Positions 28,806 to 38,347 of a stretch of DNA of 64,000 nucleotides are shown piece by piece. The notes under the pieces were generated by a model. That model was not told the origin of the DNA. It did not search any database and saw only the letters and a list, made by a program, of their open reading frames with translations. The stretch lies in contig CANQQG010000002.1 of assembly GCA_947625875.1 (NCBI GenBank), positions 15,139 to 79,138 on the forward strand, read 5' to 3'. The position numbers and the translations under genes were made by a program. Every line of letters begins with the position of its first letter. Within the stretch, counting starts at the first letter, position 1. The DNA comes from an uncultured Lachnospiraceae bacterium (lineage in GTDB: Bacteria; Bacillota; Clostridia; Lachnospirales; Lachnospiraceae).

Positions 28806-29546
28806 ATGATTTCAGATTTTATTCAGATAGGAAATAAAGTGGACATTTGCCCGGTTCAGCAGATTGAGCAGGAAAAGCTGACGGGCGTGCGTGTGCATAT
28901 TTATAAAAGCCGGGTGACGAACATTCATGCGGACGGCGAATTGGAGCTTACCATGCCGACGGAGGCCGGAAAGATGGTGCTGCTCCCGATCGGGATCCGT
29001 TTTGAATTTGTTTTTTATGCAAGAAATGGGCTTTACCGCGGCATGGGGCTTGTGGAAGAGCGGTATAAAGCCGATAATCTATATATGGTGCGTGTGAGCC
29101 TGAAAAGCAGTCTCCACAAATACCAGCGGCGCGAGTATTACCGTATGCCCTGCATTATCCGCATGGCGTATTATGATATCACGCTCGACCAGGCGGCGAA
29201 TCTCCCGACGGAGCATTACCATATGCTGGTAGGGCTTCCGGAGATAGAAATGACGCGGCGGGAGGCGTCCATTGTGGACATCAGCGGCGGCGGCGTCCGT
29301 TTTGTGTCTGATACGCGCAATAAAGAAGAATCCTGTATTGTGATTGAGGTAAAGTTAAAGAGTTCTGAGGACAGCGGAACCTATTTTATCCCGGCGCATA
29401 TTTTATCCTCAAAGGCCATACAGGGGGAGCGGGAGCGGTATGAAAACCGCGCGGAGTTTATTTTACGCGACCGGAAAGTCAGGGAGGAGATCATCCGTTT
29501 TATTTTTGACGAGGAGCGCAAAAACAGAAAGAAAGAAGTCCGGTAA
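28806..29546 (+). CDS. PilZ-domain c-di-GMP-binding flagellar brake (YcgR/MotI-like)
   Basis: PilZN-like N-terminus; RxxxR (QRREYYR) and DxSxxG (DISGGG) motifs intact. Confidence 0.88.
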   Translation: MISDFIQIGNKVDICPVQQIEQEKLTGVRVHIYKSRVTNIHADGELELTMPTEAGKMVLLPIGIRFEFVFYARNGLYRGMGLVEERYKADNLYMVRVSLKSSLHKYQRREYYRMPCIIRMAYYDITLDQAANLPTEHYHMLVGLPEIEMTRREASIVDISGGGVRFVSDTRNKEESCIVIEVKLKSSEDSGTYFIPAHILSSKAIQGERERYENRAEFILRDRKVREEIIRFIFDEERKNRKKEVR

Positions 29547-29548
29547 AT

Positions 29549-30607
29549 ATGAAAAAAAATATTTTGGTTGTAGATGACTCTGCACTCATGAGAAGGGTAG
29601 AATGTGATATAATAAATTCCAGCGAGAAGTTCGAGGCGAAAGATACGTGCAGGGACGGGCTGGAGGCATATGAAAAGATAAAGACGAACCGCTATGATGC
29701 AGTGATCCTTGACATTAATATGCCAAAAATGAATGGGCTGGAACTTTTAAAAAGGCTGAAAAAAGAAAAAATACGCGCGACAGTGATCGTTGTAAGCTCG
29801 CTGGCGGAAAAAGATGGCAGAATTACGATTCAGGCGATGGAAAACGGCGCCATTGATTTTCTAAAAAAACCGGAAAATATCATTGAAGCAAAAGGATTGA
29901 AATTCCGGCAGCAGATGGAGGCAATTTTGAATACAGTTTTAAGCTCACAAAATCAGCCGAAAATAAATACGGGGACTGTATTGCCAAGGACAGTTCCGGT
30001 GCATAAGAAAGCGGCTGCAAATAATAACAATAAACTGGTTGCCCTTGCTTGTTCGACCGGAGGCCCAAGGGCGCTGCAGAGCGTAGTTCCTTTTCTTGAT
30101 AAAAATATGGATGCGCCGATGGTGCTTGTGCAGCATATGCCGAGCGGGTTTACAAAGTCCATGGCGGAACGGCTGAATGAGTTGAGCAAAGTGAAGGTAA
30201 AAGAAGCGGAGGAAAATGATATCCTGAAAAAAGGCTGCGTTTATGTGGCTCCGGGAGGGTACCATATGGAGGTTGTCCCGACCGGCGACGGGAATCATAA
30301 GATCCACTTGTCTGACGCGCCTGCGATTGGCGGTTTGCGGCCATGCGCGAATGTTACATACCGGTCGTTGAAGAAGACGACATTCAGCAGCATTGTATGC
30401 GTCGTTATGACCGGGATGGGCGCGGACGGCACAGAAGGGATCCGGGAACTGAATGAGTCAAAGCCGATTTATGTGATTGCGCAGGATGAGGCTTCATGTG
30501 TTGTTTACGGTATGCCGAAAGCAATTGCGGAATCGGGCCTTACAGATGAAGTAGTTACGCTGACGGACATTTCCAAAAGAATAATTAATCAAGTGGGGGT
30601 AAAGTAA
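29549..30607 (+). CDS. cheB: protein-glutamate methylesterase CheB
   Basis: REC domain plus CSTGGP, QHM and MTGMGADG catalytic motifs. Confidence 0.95.
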   Translation: MKKNILVVDDSALMRRVECDIINSSEKFEAKDTCRDGLEAYEKIKTNRYDAVILDINMPKMNGLELLKRLKKEKIRATVIVVSSLAEKDGRITIQAMENGAIDFLKKPENIIEAKGLKFRQQMEAILNTVLSSQNQPKINTGTVLPRTVPVHKKAAANNNNKLVALACSTGGPRALQSVVPFLDKNMDAPMVLVQHMPSGFTKSMAERLNELSKVKVKEAEENDILKKGCVYVAPGGYHMEVVPTGDGNHKIHLSDAPAIGGLRPCANVTYRSLKKTTFSSIVCVVMTGMGADGTEGIRELNESKPIYVIAQDEASCVVYGMPKAIAESGLTDEVVTLTDISKRIINQVGVK

Positions 30608-30608
30608 T

Positions 30609-32708
30609 ATGGATGTAAGTCAATATCTGGAGATTTTTATTGATGAAACAAGCGAGCATATCCAGAGCCTGAGCGATAATATCATGGCGCTGGAAAATGA
30701 GCCGGAAAACCATGACGTGATCAATGAAATTTTCCGTGCGGCACATTCGTTAAAAGGCATGGCTGGTACGATGGGATTTAAGCGTATGCAGCATCTGACG
30801 CATGATATGGAAAATGTCTTTCAGGAAGTCCGCAGCGATAAGATCAAAGTGAACGGCGATATGATCGATGTGCTGTTCCAGTGCCTGGATGCGATCGAAG
30901 GGTATCTGAACCAGATCAAGGAAACTTCTGATGAGGGCACGAATGAGAATGAAGCGATCATCGCTTCTCTGAACGGGATTTTAAACGGGGGTGGAGGCGG
31001 CGTTGCCGCGCCGCAGCAGGAAGAAAAGAAAGAAGAGGCGTCCGAGGACAAGGCCACGGCGGATGCCTCCGGACATGGGAAGAAATTCCTTGAAATTAAT
31101 CTGTCCGACCATGATAAGGAAGCGATCAAGGGCGCAGAGGAAAGCGGCCATAATGTTTATGGGTTTACGGTATATGTGCAGAAAGAATGCCTGCTGAAAG
31201 CGGCGCGCGCGTTCCTTGTTTTTAAGGCTGTGGAGGATTTTGGGGAGATCATTGTTTACAGCCCGAGTTCACAGGATATTGAAGATGAAAAATTTGATCT
31301 GGATTTCAGCTTTTTTATGACGTCGGAAGAAGACGTGGACAAGATCCAGGCGGCCGCAAAGGCGGTATCTGAGATCGATGAGGTCATCTGCGGGCCGGTC
31401 AAATACCAGATGTTTGTTGAAGAAGCCGCCCAGGAAAAACAGGCGGCCGAAAAACCGGCGGCAGCGGCGGCTGCGCCAGCAAAAACGACGGCTGCCAAAC
31501 AGGAGACGAAGCAGCCTGCCAAAGGAAAAACCGCAAATAAGCCGGTGACGAACCGGACGGTGCGCGTGGATATTGAGAAACTTGACGCGCTGATGAATCA
31601 GGTCAGCGAGCTGATCATTGCAAAGAACAGCCTTGTGTCGATCAGTTCGAGCGATACAACCGGCGGAACGCAGAACCAGTCCTTCCATGAGCAGATCGAA
31701 TATCTGGAGCGCATCACCACAACGCTTCATGAATCCGTCATGAAGGTGCGAATGGTGCCGATTGAGAGCGTTGTCGCAAAGTTCCCGCGTATGATACGTG
31801 ACCTTTCCAGAAAGCTGGATAAGAAGATGGAACTGTATATGACCGGTGAAGATACAGAGCTTGACCGTACCGTTGTTGACCAGATCGGCGACCCGCTGCA
31901 GCATCTGCTCCGCAACTCGGCGGATCATGGGCTTGAGAGCGCGGAACTGCGTAAGGAGCGCGGAAAGCCGGAAGTCGGCTCGATCAACCTGAACGCTTAT
32001 CAGGAAGGGAATAACGTTATTATTGAAGTCAGCGACGATGGGAACGGCATTGATACGGAGAGCGTTAAGAATAAAGCGGTCGAGCGCGGGCTTGTGACGC
32101 CGGAACAGGCGGAGAACCTCAGCCAGAAGGAGATCATTGATTTCCTGTTCATGCCAAGTTTTTCCATGGCGAAAAAGATTACGGACGTTTCCGGCAGGGG
32201 CGTTGGCCTTGACGTTGTAAAATCAAATATTGAAGCTCTGGGCGGCGATGTGGAAGTAAAGAGCAAGCTCGGGGAAGGTTCCAAATTTACGGTTCGCCTG
32301 CCATTGACGCTTGCGATCATACAGGCGCTTATGGTGGAAGTGAGAGATGAGAAATTTGCGATCGCGCTCGGCTCGATCACGACGATCGAAGACGTGCCGA
32401 TTTCAGATATCAAGTATGTGCAGGCTGACGAGGTGATCAATCTGCGCGGTACGGTCATTCCGCTGATCCGCCTGAATCAGATTCTTGATATCGATCCGCC
32501 GGATGAAGAACCTGCAAGCCTGACCGTTGTTATTGTAAATAAAGGGGATAAGATGGCGGGCCTTGTAGTGGACAGCCTGATGGGGCAGCAGGAGATCGTT
32601 ATCAAATCACTTGGAAAATATATCAGCAATAACAAGCTGATCAGCGGCGCTACGATCCTCGGCGATGGCGAGGTTGCGCTGATACTGGATGTAAATACGT
32701 TAATGTAA
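30609..32708 (+). CDS. cheA: chemotaxis histidine kinase CheA
   Basis: Hpt FRAAHSLKG, HLLRNSADHG, SGRGVGLDVV, C-terminal CheW domain. Confidence 0.97.
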   Translation: MDVSQYLEIFIDETSEHIQSLSDNIMALENEPENHDVINEIFRAAHSLKGMAGTMGFKRMQHLTHDMENVFQEVRSDKIKVNGDMIDVLFQCLDAIEGYLNQIKETSDEGTNENEAIIASLNGILNGGGGGVAAPQQEEKKEEASEDKATADASGHGKKFLEINLSDHDKEAIKGAEESGHNVYGFTVYVQKECLLKAARAFLVFKAVEDFGEIIVYSPSSQDIEDEKFDLDFSFFMTSEEDVDKIQAAAKAVSEIDEVICGPVKYQMFVEEAAQEKQAAEKPAAAAAAPAKTTAAKQETKQPAKGKTANKPVTNRTVRVDIEKLDALMNQVSELIIAKNSLVSISSSDTTGGTQNQSFHEQIEYLERITTTLHESVMKVRMVPIESVVAKFPRMIRDLSRKLDKKMELYMTGEDTELDRTVVDQIGDPLQHLLRNSADHGLESAELRKERGKPEVGSINLNAYQEGNNVIIEVSDDGNGIDTESVKNKAVERGLVTPEQAENLSQKEIIDFLFMPSFSMAKKITDVSGRGVGLDVVKSNIEALGGDVEVKSKLGEGSKFTVRLPLTLAIIQALMVEVRDEKFAIALGSITTIEDVPISDIKYVQADEVINLRGTVIPLIRLNQILDIDPPDEEPASLTVVIVNKGDKMAGLVVDSLMGQQEIVIKSLGKYISNNKLISGATILGDGEVALILDVNTLM

Positions 32709-32713
32709 CGGGG

Positions 32714-33196
32714 GTGGCAGATTTGGCGAATAATTTGGAAACAGTGGCGACAGAGGATGTAAAGAAGCAGTATATTGTTGTAAAAATCGGAAGCGAACAG
32801 TATGGAATTGATATCGGATACATAGATAATATCGTCCGTATGCAGAAAATCACAAGAGTGCCGCGGTCGCAGCCTTATTTCAAAGGCGTGATCAATCTGC
32901 GCGGCGAAGTGATACCGGTTATGAGCATCCGCAGGAAAATGGGGCTCTCGGATGATGTGTATACAAATGCGTCCCGCATCATTGTCCTGAAGTTTGAACA
33001 GAAAGATGCGCTTGGCGTTATTGTGGATGAAGTCCGCGAGGTTGTTTCGCTTGGGCCGAATGAGATTGACAAGGTATCGCATGGAACAGGCAGCGAAAAG
33101 AATATGTTTATCAATGGCATAGGAAAGAATGGCGAGGAACTGATTTCTTTGTTTGAGATCAATGCGATTATCGACGAGCGTGAGAATGTATCATAA
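32714..33196 (+). CDS. cheW: chemotaxis adaptor CheW
   Basis: ITRVPRSQPYFKGVINLRGEVIPV. Confidence 0.95.
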   Translation: MADLANNLETVATEDVKKQYIVVKIGSEQYGIDIGYIDNIVRMQKITRVPRSQPYFKGVINLRGEVIPVMSIRRKMGLSDDVYTNASRIIVLKFEQKDALGVIVDEVREVVSLGPNEIDKVSHGTGSEKNMFINGIGKNGEELISLFEINAIIDERENVS

Positions 33197-33206
33197 GTAA
33201 TGTAAT

Positions 33207-33246
33207 CAGATATAGTGAGACTATGTAAGTAGCCTCACTATATCTG
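33207..33246. other. long inverted repeat/hairpin between cheW and cheC
   Basis: CAGATATAGTGAG (33207-33219) pairs perfectly with CTCACTATATCTG (33234-33246); inner CTAT/GTAG stem with a GTAA loop. Confidence 0.85.
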
Positions 33247-33300
33247 GTACAGCGAAAATTTTTGTAACCGGTTGTTTTGGCAGAATACAGGGAGAGCTGA

Positions 33301-33921
33301 ATGGGAAAGTTTACTTTTGATGAAATTAACAGTATGTATTTTGACGTACTGAAGGAGATAGGCAATATTGGCGCCGGCAATGCGACGACTTCGATTGCGA
33401 CGATGCTCAATATCAAACTGAATATGGAGGTGCCGAATGTGCGCCTGATGGGCATTGAAGAGCTGACGACGGCGATCTGTCCGGAGGAAGAGGAGATCGT
33501 AGGCATTTTCCTGGAGCTGCAGGAGGATATCAGCGGCAGCATGATGTTTCTTTTGAAAATGGACGCCGCATATTATCTGTTGAACCACCTGCTTGGCAGG
33601 GGTGACGATTACAGGCAGGAATTTGATGAGATGGATCTTTCTGCAATGAAGGAAATCGGCAATATCATTGCGGGATCTTATCTGACGGCATTATCGTCCA
33701 TGACCAATCTGACGATATCGCCGTCCATACCGTATATTGCGGTGGATATGGCGGGAGCGATCTTAAGCATTCCCGCGATACAGTTCGGCCAGTTTGGCGA
33801 CAATGCGCTCCTGATCGAAACGGAGTTTGGCGACGACGTTATGATCGAAGGATATTTTATCCTGCTGCCGGAACTGGATTCATATGACAGAATATTAACA
33901 TCATTAGGAATCGCGCTGTAA
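33301..33921 (+). CDS. cheC: CheY-P phosphatase CheC
   Basis: Two D/S..KEIGNI motifs. Confidence 0.93.
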   Translation: MGKFTFDEINSMYFDVLKEIGNIGAGNATTSIATMLNIKLNMEVPNVRLMGIEELTTAICPEEEEIVGIFLELQEDISGSMMFLLKMDAAYYLLNHLLGRGDDYRQEFDEMDLSAMKEIGNIIAGSYLTALSSMTNLTISPSIPYIAVDMAGAILSIPAIQFGQFGDNALLIETEFGDDVMIEGYFILLPELDSYDRILTSLGIAL

Positions 33922-33972
33922 TCATGATAAGATTTTGCAGCCGTTATAGATAGGGAAGTGAGAGTTTAACAA

Positions 33973-34458
33973 ATGAGTCAATTGATAAAAGTCGGAATGG
34001 CGGATTTGAATATATGTAAAGATCCAAATGTGATCACAACGCTCGGACTTGGTTCCTGTATCGGGATTGCATTGTATGATCCTGTGACGAGGATCGGCGG
34101 CCTTGCGCATATTATGCTGCCGGACAGTACCAAGATCAGGAATAATGCCAATATCGCCAAGTTTGCGGATACTGGCATCACAGAGCTCGTCAACCAGATG
34201 GTGCGGGCGGGCGCGAGCAAACAGCGCATGGTTGCAAAGATTGCCGGCGGCGCGCGGATGTTTGAGGTGGCGGGGACAAATACCATCGGCAATATCGGGC
34301 AGAAAAACGCAGAGGCCTCAAAACAGAAACTGCGTGAGCTTGGCATCCGTCTGATCGCGGAAGATACGGGGTTGAATTATGGGCGGACAGTGGAACTGCA
34401 CTGCGCGACCGGGGAATATTATATTAAATCCGTAGGAAAGCCTTTGAAAATTATTTGA
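33973..34458 (+). CDS. cheD: chemoreceptor glutamine deamidase CheD
   Basis: TLGLGSCIG, GGLAHIMLP, AKIAGGARMF, EDTG...GRTV. Confidence 0.96.
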   Translation: MSQLIKVGMADLNICKDPNVITTLGLGSCIGIALYDPVTRIGGLAHIMLPDSTKIRNNANIAKFADTGITELVNQMVRAGASKQRMVAKIAGGARMFEVAGTNTIGNIGQKNAEASKQKLRELGIRLIAEDTGLNYGRTVELHCATGEYYIKSVGKPLKII

Positions 34459-34478
34459 TTTTAACTGGGGGAGAATAT

Positions 34479-34751
34479 ATGAATACAAAGCCGATTCCCG
34501 CGATTGTAATGCTGACAGCCGGGTTTGCAATGTGTATCATTTCCATAGTAAACGGTTACAGCCTCTCTTTTTTGATCCGCGCGCTGTTTGTTGTCCTGAT
34601 CTGTTTTTACCTGCTTGGATGGGGGATACGGCTCGCGCTGGACATCAGTTTCCGGAAATCAAAGCCTGCGGAAGATATGACGGCTGACGACCTCGGGTTT
34701 GCGGAAGGCGAGATTATTATGGATGAGGAAATGGACGAGAGCGAAAATTAG
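34479..34751 (+). CDS. small two-TM hypothetical protein of the clostridial fla/che operon
   Basis: GGGGAG RBS; two hydrophobic segments and an acidic tail. Confidence 0.7.
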   Translation: MNTKPIPAIVMLTAGFAMCIISIVNGYSLSFLIRALFVVLICFYLLGWGIRLALDISFRKSKPAEDMTADDLGFAEGEIIMDEEMDESEN

Positions 34752-34788
34752 CGTTTTTATTTAAAACAGACCGGCTTGGAGGATAATA

Positions 34789-35556
34789 ATGAAGAAGGTA
34801 TTAAAAGAACAGCTTTGGGATTTATATCGGGCCAGCCCCACGCCGGAACTGCGCGAACAGATCATTATTGAATATGCGCCGCTGGTAAAGCTTGTTGCAG
34901 GCAGGCTGAGCATGTATCTGGGATATAATGTCGAGTATGAGGATCTGGTGAGTTATGGCGTTTTTGGACTGATCGATGCGATCGATAAGTTTGACATGGA
35001 TAAGGATGTGAAGTTTGAAACGTACGCGAGCCTGCGCATCCGCGGCGCGATTCTCGACCAGATAAGGAAAATGGACTGGATTCCCAGGACGGTGCGCCAG
35101 AGGCAGAAAAAGATAGATGAAGCCATAAAAAAAATAGAGATGAAGACGGGGAAAACGGCCGGAGATGATGAGATCGCAAAAGAGCTTGGCGTTTCTGATT
35201 CGGAGTTTCAGGACTGGCAGTCGCAGCTGAAAGTGACGAATGTCGTGTCGCTGAATGAATTTATCGAGCAGGGGACAGAACCGGTTATGGACGCCCGGAA
35301 CAATTCGCATTTTGTCCAGCCGGAAGAACGGGTGCAGGAGACGGAACTGAAACAGAAGCTCCAGGAGGCGATGGAGCTTTTGACGGAGAAAGAGCGGCGC
35401 GTCATATTGCTGTATTATTATGAAGATCTGACTTTAAAGGAAATCAGCAGGGTGCTGGAAGTTTCGGAATCAAGGGTTTCCCAGCTTCATACGAAGGCTT
35501 TGGCGAAAATGCAGAAGACGATGGGCGCTTATATGGATATTATGGTGAATAAGTAA
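34789..35556 (+). CDS. fliA: flagellar sigma factor FliA/SigD (sigma28)
   Basis: LVSYGVFGLIDAIDKFD, KFETYASLRIRGAILD, LTLKEISRVLEVSESRVSQLH. Confidence 0.96.
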   Translation: MKKVLKEQLWDLYRASPTPELREQIIIEYAPLVKLVAGRLSMYLGYNVEYEDLVSYGVFGLIDAIDKFDMDKDVKFETYASLRIRGAILDQIRKMDWIPRTVRQRQKKIDEAIKKIEMKTGKTAGDDEIAKELGVSDSEFQDWQSQLKVTNVVSLNEFIEQGTEPVMDARNNSHFVQPEERVQETELKQKLQEAMELLTEKERRVILLYYYEDLTLKEISRVLEVSESRVSQLHTKALAKMQKTMGAYMDIMVNK

Positions 35557-35577
35557 ACAGATAAGAGGGTGGAAGGT

Positions 35578-35895
35578 ATGTCTGTCGGACCGGTTTACTT
35601 AAACGGGATGATACAGAACACGCAGGATGTGGGCGCGATGAGGCATCAGGAAAATACGCGTCCGGCTGTTGAGCAGCAGCAGATCCAGGTGAACGTGGAA
35701 AAAAAGGAAATGAGCAAAGCGCAGGAGGTTCAGAAAAAAGATAACGCGGATCCGCAGGAGGGGAAGTTTGACGCGAAAGAAAAGGGATCCAATGAATATC
35801 AGCAGAACCGGAAAAAACAACAGAAAAAAAAGGAAATTCTGCCGGATGGCAGCGTAACGGTAAAGCGGGCGCATGGGTTTGATATGAAAATATAA
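35578..35895 (+). CDS. hypothetical charged protein downstream of fliA
   Basis: 105-aa ORF with a plausible RBS, ending GFDMKI; co-oriented within the operon. Confidence 0.65.
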   Translation: MSVGPVYLNGMIQNTQDVGAMRHQENTRPAVEQQQIQVNVEKKEMSKAQEVQKKDNADPQEGKFDAKEKGSNEYQQNRKKQQKKKEILPDGSVTVKRAHGFDMKI

Positions 35896-35960
35896 GCAGC
35901 TGCGCGCCGGCGTTAAACTGCTGCGAAAAACGTATGGCATGAAACAGAGAGGAAATACGG

Positions 35961-36698
35961 ATGACAGTTATAGAGATAATATTATTGATCGTGGGTATGC
36001 TTTTTATTCTGGTGAGTTTTTGGGTTACGGAAAAACTTTCGCCCGGTGAGGTGGAGCATATTTCGGAATTGAGCAAGGAAGAAATGGGCGTGATCCTGGA
36101 GCGTGAGCTGCAGACTTCCAAAGAGCGCGTGGAGGAACTCGTAGACGCAACGATTGATGCGAGCAAGGAGCGTACGGAACGCGCCCTTGAAAAACAGACG
36201 AATGAGAAGATCATGGCGATCAACGAATTTTCGGATACGGTGATCGAGAAAATGAATAAAACGCATAATGAGATCATGTTCCTTTACAGTATGCTGAATG
36301 ATAAGCATACAGAGCTGACGAATTTCTCTTCCGGCCTCACGCAGCAGATGAACCAGATGAAAGAGCAGAGTGAGCAGGCGGCGGATTATCTCAATCAGAT
36401 AAAACAGCAGAATATGGTAACAGCAGAAGAGATCCCGGCGGCTGTGATACAGGCTCCGGAACCGGATGCGGAAAAAAACGCGTCGGAAACCGTTCGGGAA
36501 ACGGAAGAGCCGCCGGAAGATCCGGAAGCGGAAACGCCTGCCGAAGAAGCGGATGAACAGAATGTGCGGGAAAAAATCTTTGCATTATATCAGGAAGGGA
36601 AAGATTCCGTCAGCATTGCCAGAAAGCTTGGCATGGGAGTGGGCGAAGTGAGACTGATACTGGGACTTTACAAAGGAGAGTATTCAAGTGAAGTTTAA
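35961..36698 (+). CDS. DUF6115-like membrane-anchored coiled-coil protein with C-terminal HTH
   Basis: N-terminal TM segment, coiled coil, C-terminal ALYQEGKDSVSIARKLGMGVGEVRLIL. Confidence 0.7.
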   Translation: MTVIEIILLIVGMLFILVSFWVTEKLSPGEVEHISELSKEEMGVILERELQTSKERVEELVDATIDASKERTERALEKQTNEKIMAINEFSDTVIEKMNKTHNEIMFLYSMLNDKHTELTNFSSGLTQQMNQMKEQSEQAADYLNQIKQQNMVTAEEIPAAVIQAPEPDAEKNASETVRETEEPPEDPEAETPAEEADEQNVREKIFALYQEGKDSVSIARKLGMGVGEVRLILGLYKGEYSSEV

Positions 36699-37392
36699 AT
36701 ATTATTTGCGTGGAGCAGGCATAGGCATGATAACTGCGACGATTATACTGGCAATTGCTTTTCTGTTCCATAAGGGCACAATGTCAGATGCGGAGGTCAT
36801 TGAACGCGCGCTGGAGCTTGGCATGGTTATGGATGAGAATCCGCAGGGAAGCACGCTGAGCGATACGATGGACGGGAAGCAGGACGGACAGGCGGGTGCG
36901 GAGAACACAGTGACGGACACAGGGATTTCTGACGCGGATACAGCCCTTGCGGACACAGGCGTTTCGGATGCGGATACGGTTCTTGCGGACACAGGCGTTT
37001 CAGATACAGATACGTCTGCGGACACAGGCGTTTCGGATACGGATACGTCTGCGGACACAGATGTTTCGGATATGTCTGCGGATACCGCAGTTACGGATGT
37101 TGATGTGGACGATACGGATACGTCTGCCGCTCCGGAGCCGGATACAGATACCGATCAGCAAAAACCGCAGGAAGAGAAAGAGAAGGACACCGTTACGATC
37201 GTGATCAAAGCCGGGGATGTATCAAGGATTATTTCCCACAGGGTTGCGAGAGCCGGACTGGTGGAAAGCGCGGAAGAGTTTAATGATTATCTTGGCGCGA
37301 ATGATTATGATAACAGGCTGCGGCCGGGTACTTATGAGATCAAAAAGGGCGCGACTTTTGAAGAAATTGCAAAAATCCTTACAGGTGGCTGA
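36688..37392 (+). CDS. single-TM protein with D/T-rich repeat linker and short YceG/MltG-N-like C-terminal domain
   Basis: MKFKYYLRGAGIG TM segment; ISHRVARAGLVESAEEFNDYL...LRPGTYEIKKGAT. No transglycosylase catalytic domain is visible. Confidence 0.7.
   Translation: MKFKYYLRGAGIGMITATIILAIAFLFHKGTMSDAEVIERALELGMVMDENPQGSTLSDTMDGKQDGQAGAENTVTDTGISDADTALADTGVSDADTVLADTGVSDTDTSADTGVSDTDTSADTDVSDMSADTAVTDVDVDDTDTSAAPEPDTDTDQQKPQEEKEKDTVTIVIKAGDVSRIISHRVARAGLVESAEEFNDYLGANDYDNRLRPGTYEIKKGATFEEIAKILTGG
36916..37107 (+). repeat. in-frame degenerate tandem repeats (36, 36, 33, 33, 27, 27 nt)
   Basis: Units start with GACACAG/GATACC and encode DTGISDADTALA, DTGVSDADTVLA, DTGVSDTDTSA x2, DTDVSDMSA, DTAVTDVDV. 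Confidence 0.9.
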
Positions 37393-37416
37393 AAAAGTAC
37401 TTGCAGCCACCTTTTT
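37383..37416 (+). terminator. intrinsic terminator of the fla/che operon
   Basis: AGGTGGCTG / CAGCCACCT perfect 9-bp stem followed by a T run. Confidence 0.75.
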
Positions 37417-37429
37417 CCTGTGTTATAGT
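37401..37429 (+). promoter_or_regulatory. sigmaA promoter of rpsB-tsf
   Basis: TTGCAG, 17 bp, TG-extended TATAGT. Confidence 0.7.
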
Positions 37430-37482
37430 ATATAAGTCTATGGAAATTCAGCTGTCCGGCGTGAGTTGGAAGCTGTAAAAAA

Positions 37483-37560
37483 ACACATATGTGGAGCAGC
37501 GCAGGTGCCTGTTATAAGGTTGTGCTGCAGGCGGAAGCATATGGACGAATAAAAACCAGA
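37483..37560 (+). promoter_or_regulatory. rpsB 5' leader (t44/S2 autoregulatory leader-like RNA)
   Basis: ACAC...CATATG/CATATG outer pairing; GCAGCGCA/TGTGCTGC stem with GGTGC in the loop; AAAACC before the RBS. Position is typical of S2 leaders. Confidence 0.6.
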
Positions 37561-37573
37561 TGGAGGAAGAAAA

Positions 37574-38314
37574 ATGAGCGTTATTTCAATGAAGCAGTTA
37601 CTGGAAGCCGGTGTGCATTTCGGTCATCAGACAAGAAGATGGAATCCGAAGATGGCGCCTTACATTTATACGGAGCGGAATGGTATTTATATCATTGACC
37701 TGCAGAAATCCGTAGGCAAGGTGGATGAGGCTTACAATGCGGTTGCAGATATCGTGGCAAACGGCGGCACGATCCTGTTCGTGGGCACAAAGAAGCAGGC
37801 GCAGGATGCAATTAAAACAGAGGCGGAACGCTGCGGCATGTTTTATGTCAATGAGAGATGGCTGGGCGGTATGCTGACAAACTTTAAGACGATCCAGAGC
37901 CGTATCGCCAAGTTAAAGAGCATTGAAAAGATGGAAGAAGACGGTACATTTGACGTGCTTCCGAAGAAAGAAGTGCTTGCATTAAAGAAGCTTCAGGCAA
38001 AGCTTGAGAGAAACCTTGGCGGCATCAAGGAGATGAAGCGCATTCCGGATGCGATCTTTATCGTTGATCCAAAGAAAGAAAGGATCTGCGTACAGGAAGC
38101 GCACGCGCTTGGCATTCCGCTGATTGGCATTGCTGATACAAACTGTGATCCGGAAGAGCTTGATTTTGTCATTCCGGGCAATGACGATGCGATCCGGGCT
38201 GTAAAACTGATTGTTTCTAAAATGGCGGACGCTGTTGTTGAAGCAAAGCAGGGTGAAGCAGAAGACGTTCCTTTTGAGGGAGAGACGGCGGAAGAAACGG
38301 ATACAGAGGAATAA
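37574..38314 (+). CDS. rpsB: 30S ribosomal protein S2
   Basis: [42 protein letters not shown]. Confidence 0.98.
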   Translation: MSVISMKQLLEAGVHFGHQTRRWNPKMAPYIYTERNGIYIIDLQKSVGKVDEAYNAVADIVANGGTILFVGTKKQAQDAIKTEAERCGMFYVNERWLGGMLTNFKTIQSRIAKLKSIEKMEEDGTFDVLPKKEVLALKKLQAKLERNLGGIKEMKRIPDAIFIVDPKKERICVQEAHALGIPLIGIADTNCDPEELDFVIPGNDDAIRAVKLIVSKMADAVVEAKQGEAEDVPFEGETAEETDTEE

Positions 38315-38347
38315 GAAGGACGTATAGATTTTGGAGGAATTTTGAAA

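Noticed and set aside
29552-29559. A8 tract at the cheB start, and others such as 35823-35830, as phase-variation sites
   Set aside because: The tracts are short, encode ordinary Lys-rich peptides, and the frames are intact.
24546-37107. Tandem repeats at 24546 and 36916 as CRISPR arrays
   Set aside because: No unique spacers, units are too short or are in-frame coding, and there are no cas genes.
2905-37392. Absence of flagellin, fliD, flgK/L/M, flgF/G and cheR as gene loss
   Set aside because: In Clostridia these genes normally sit in separate loci; loss cannot be inferred from one window.
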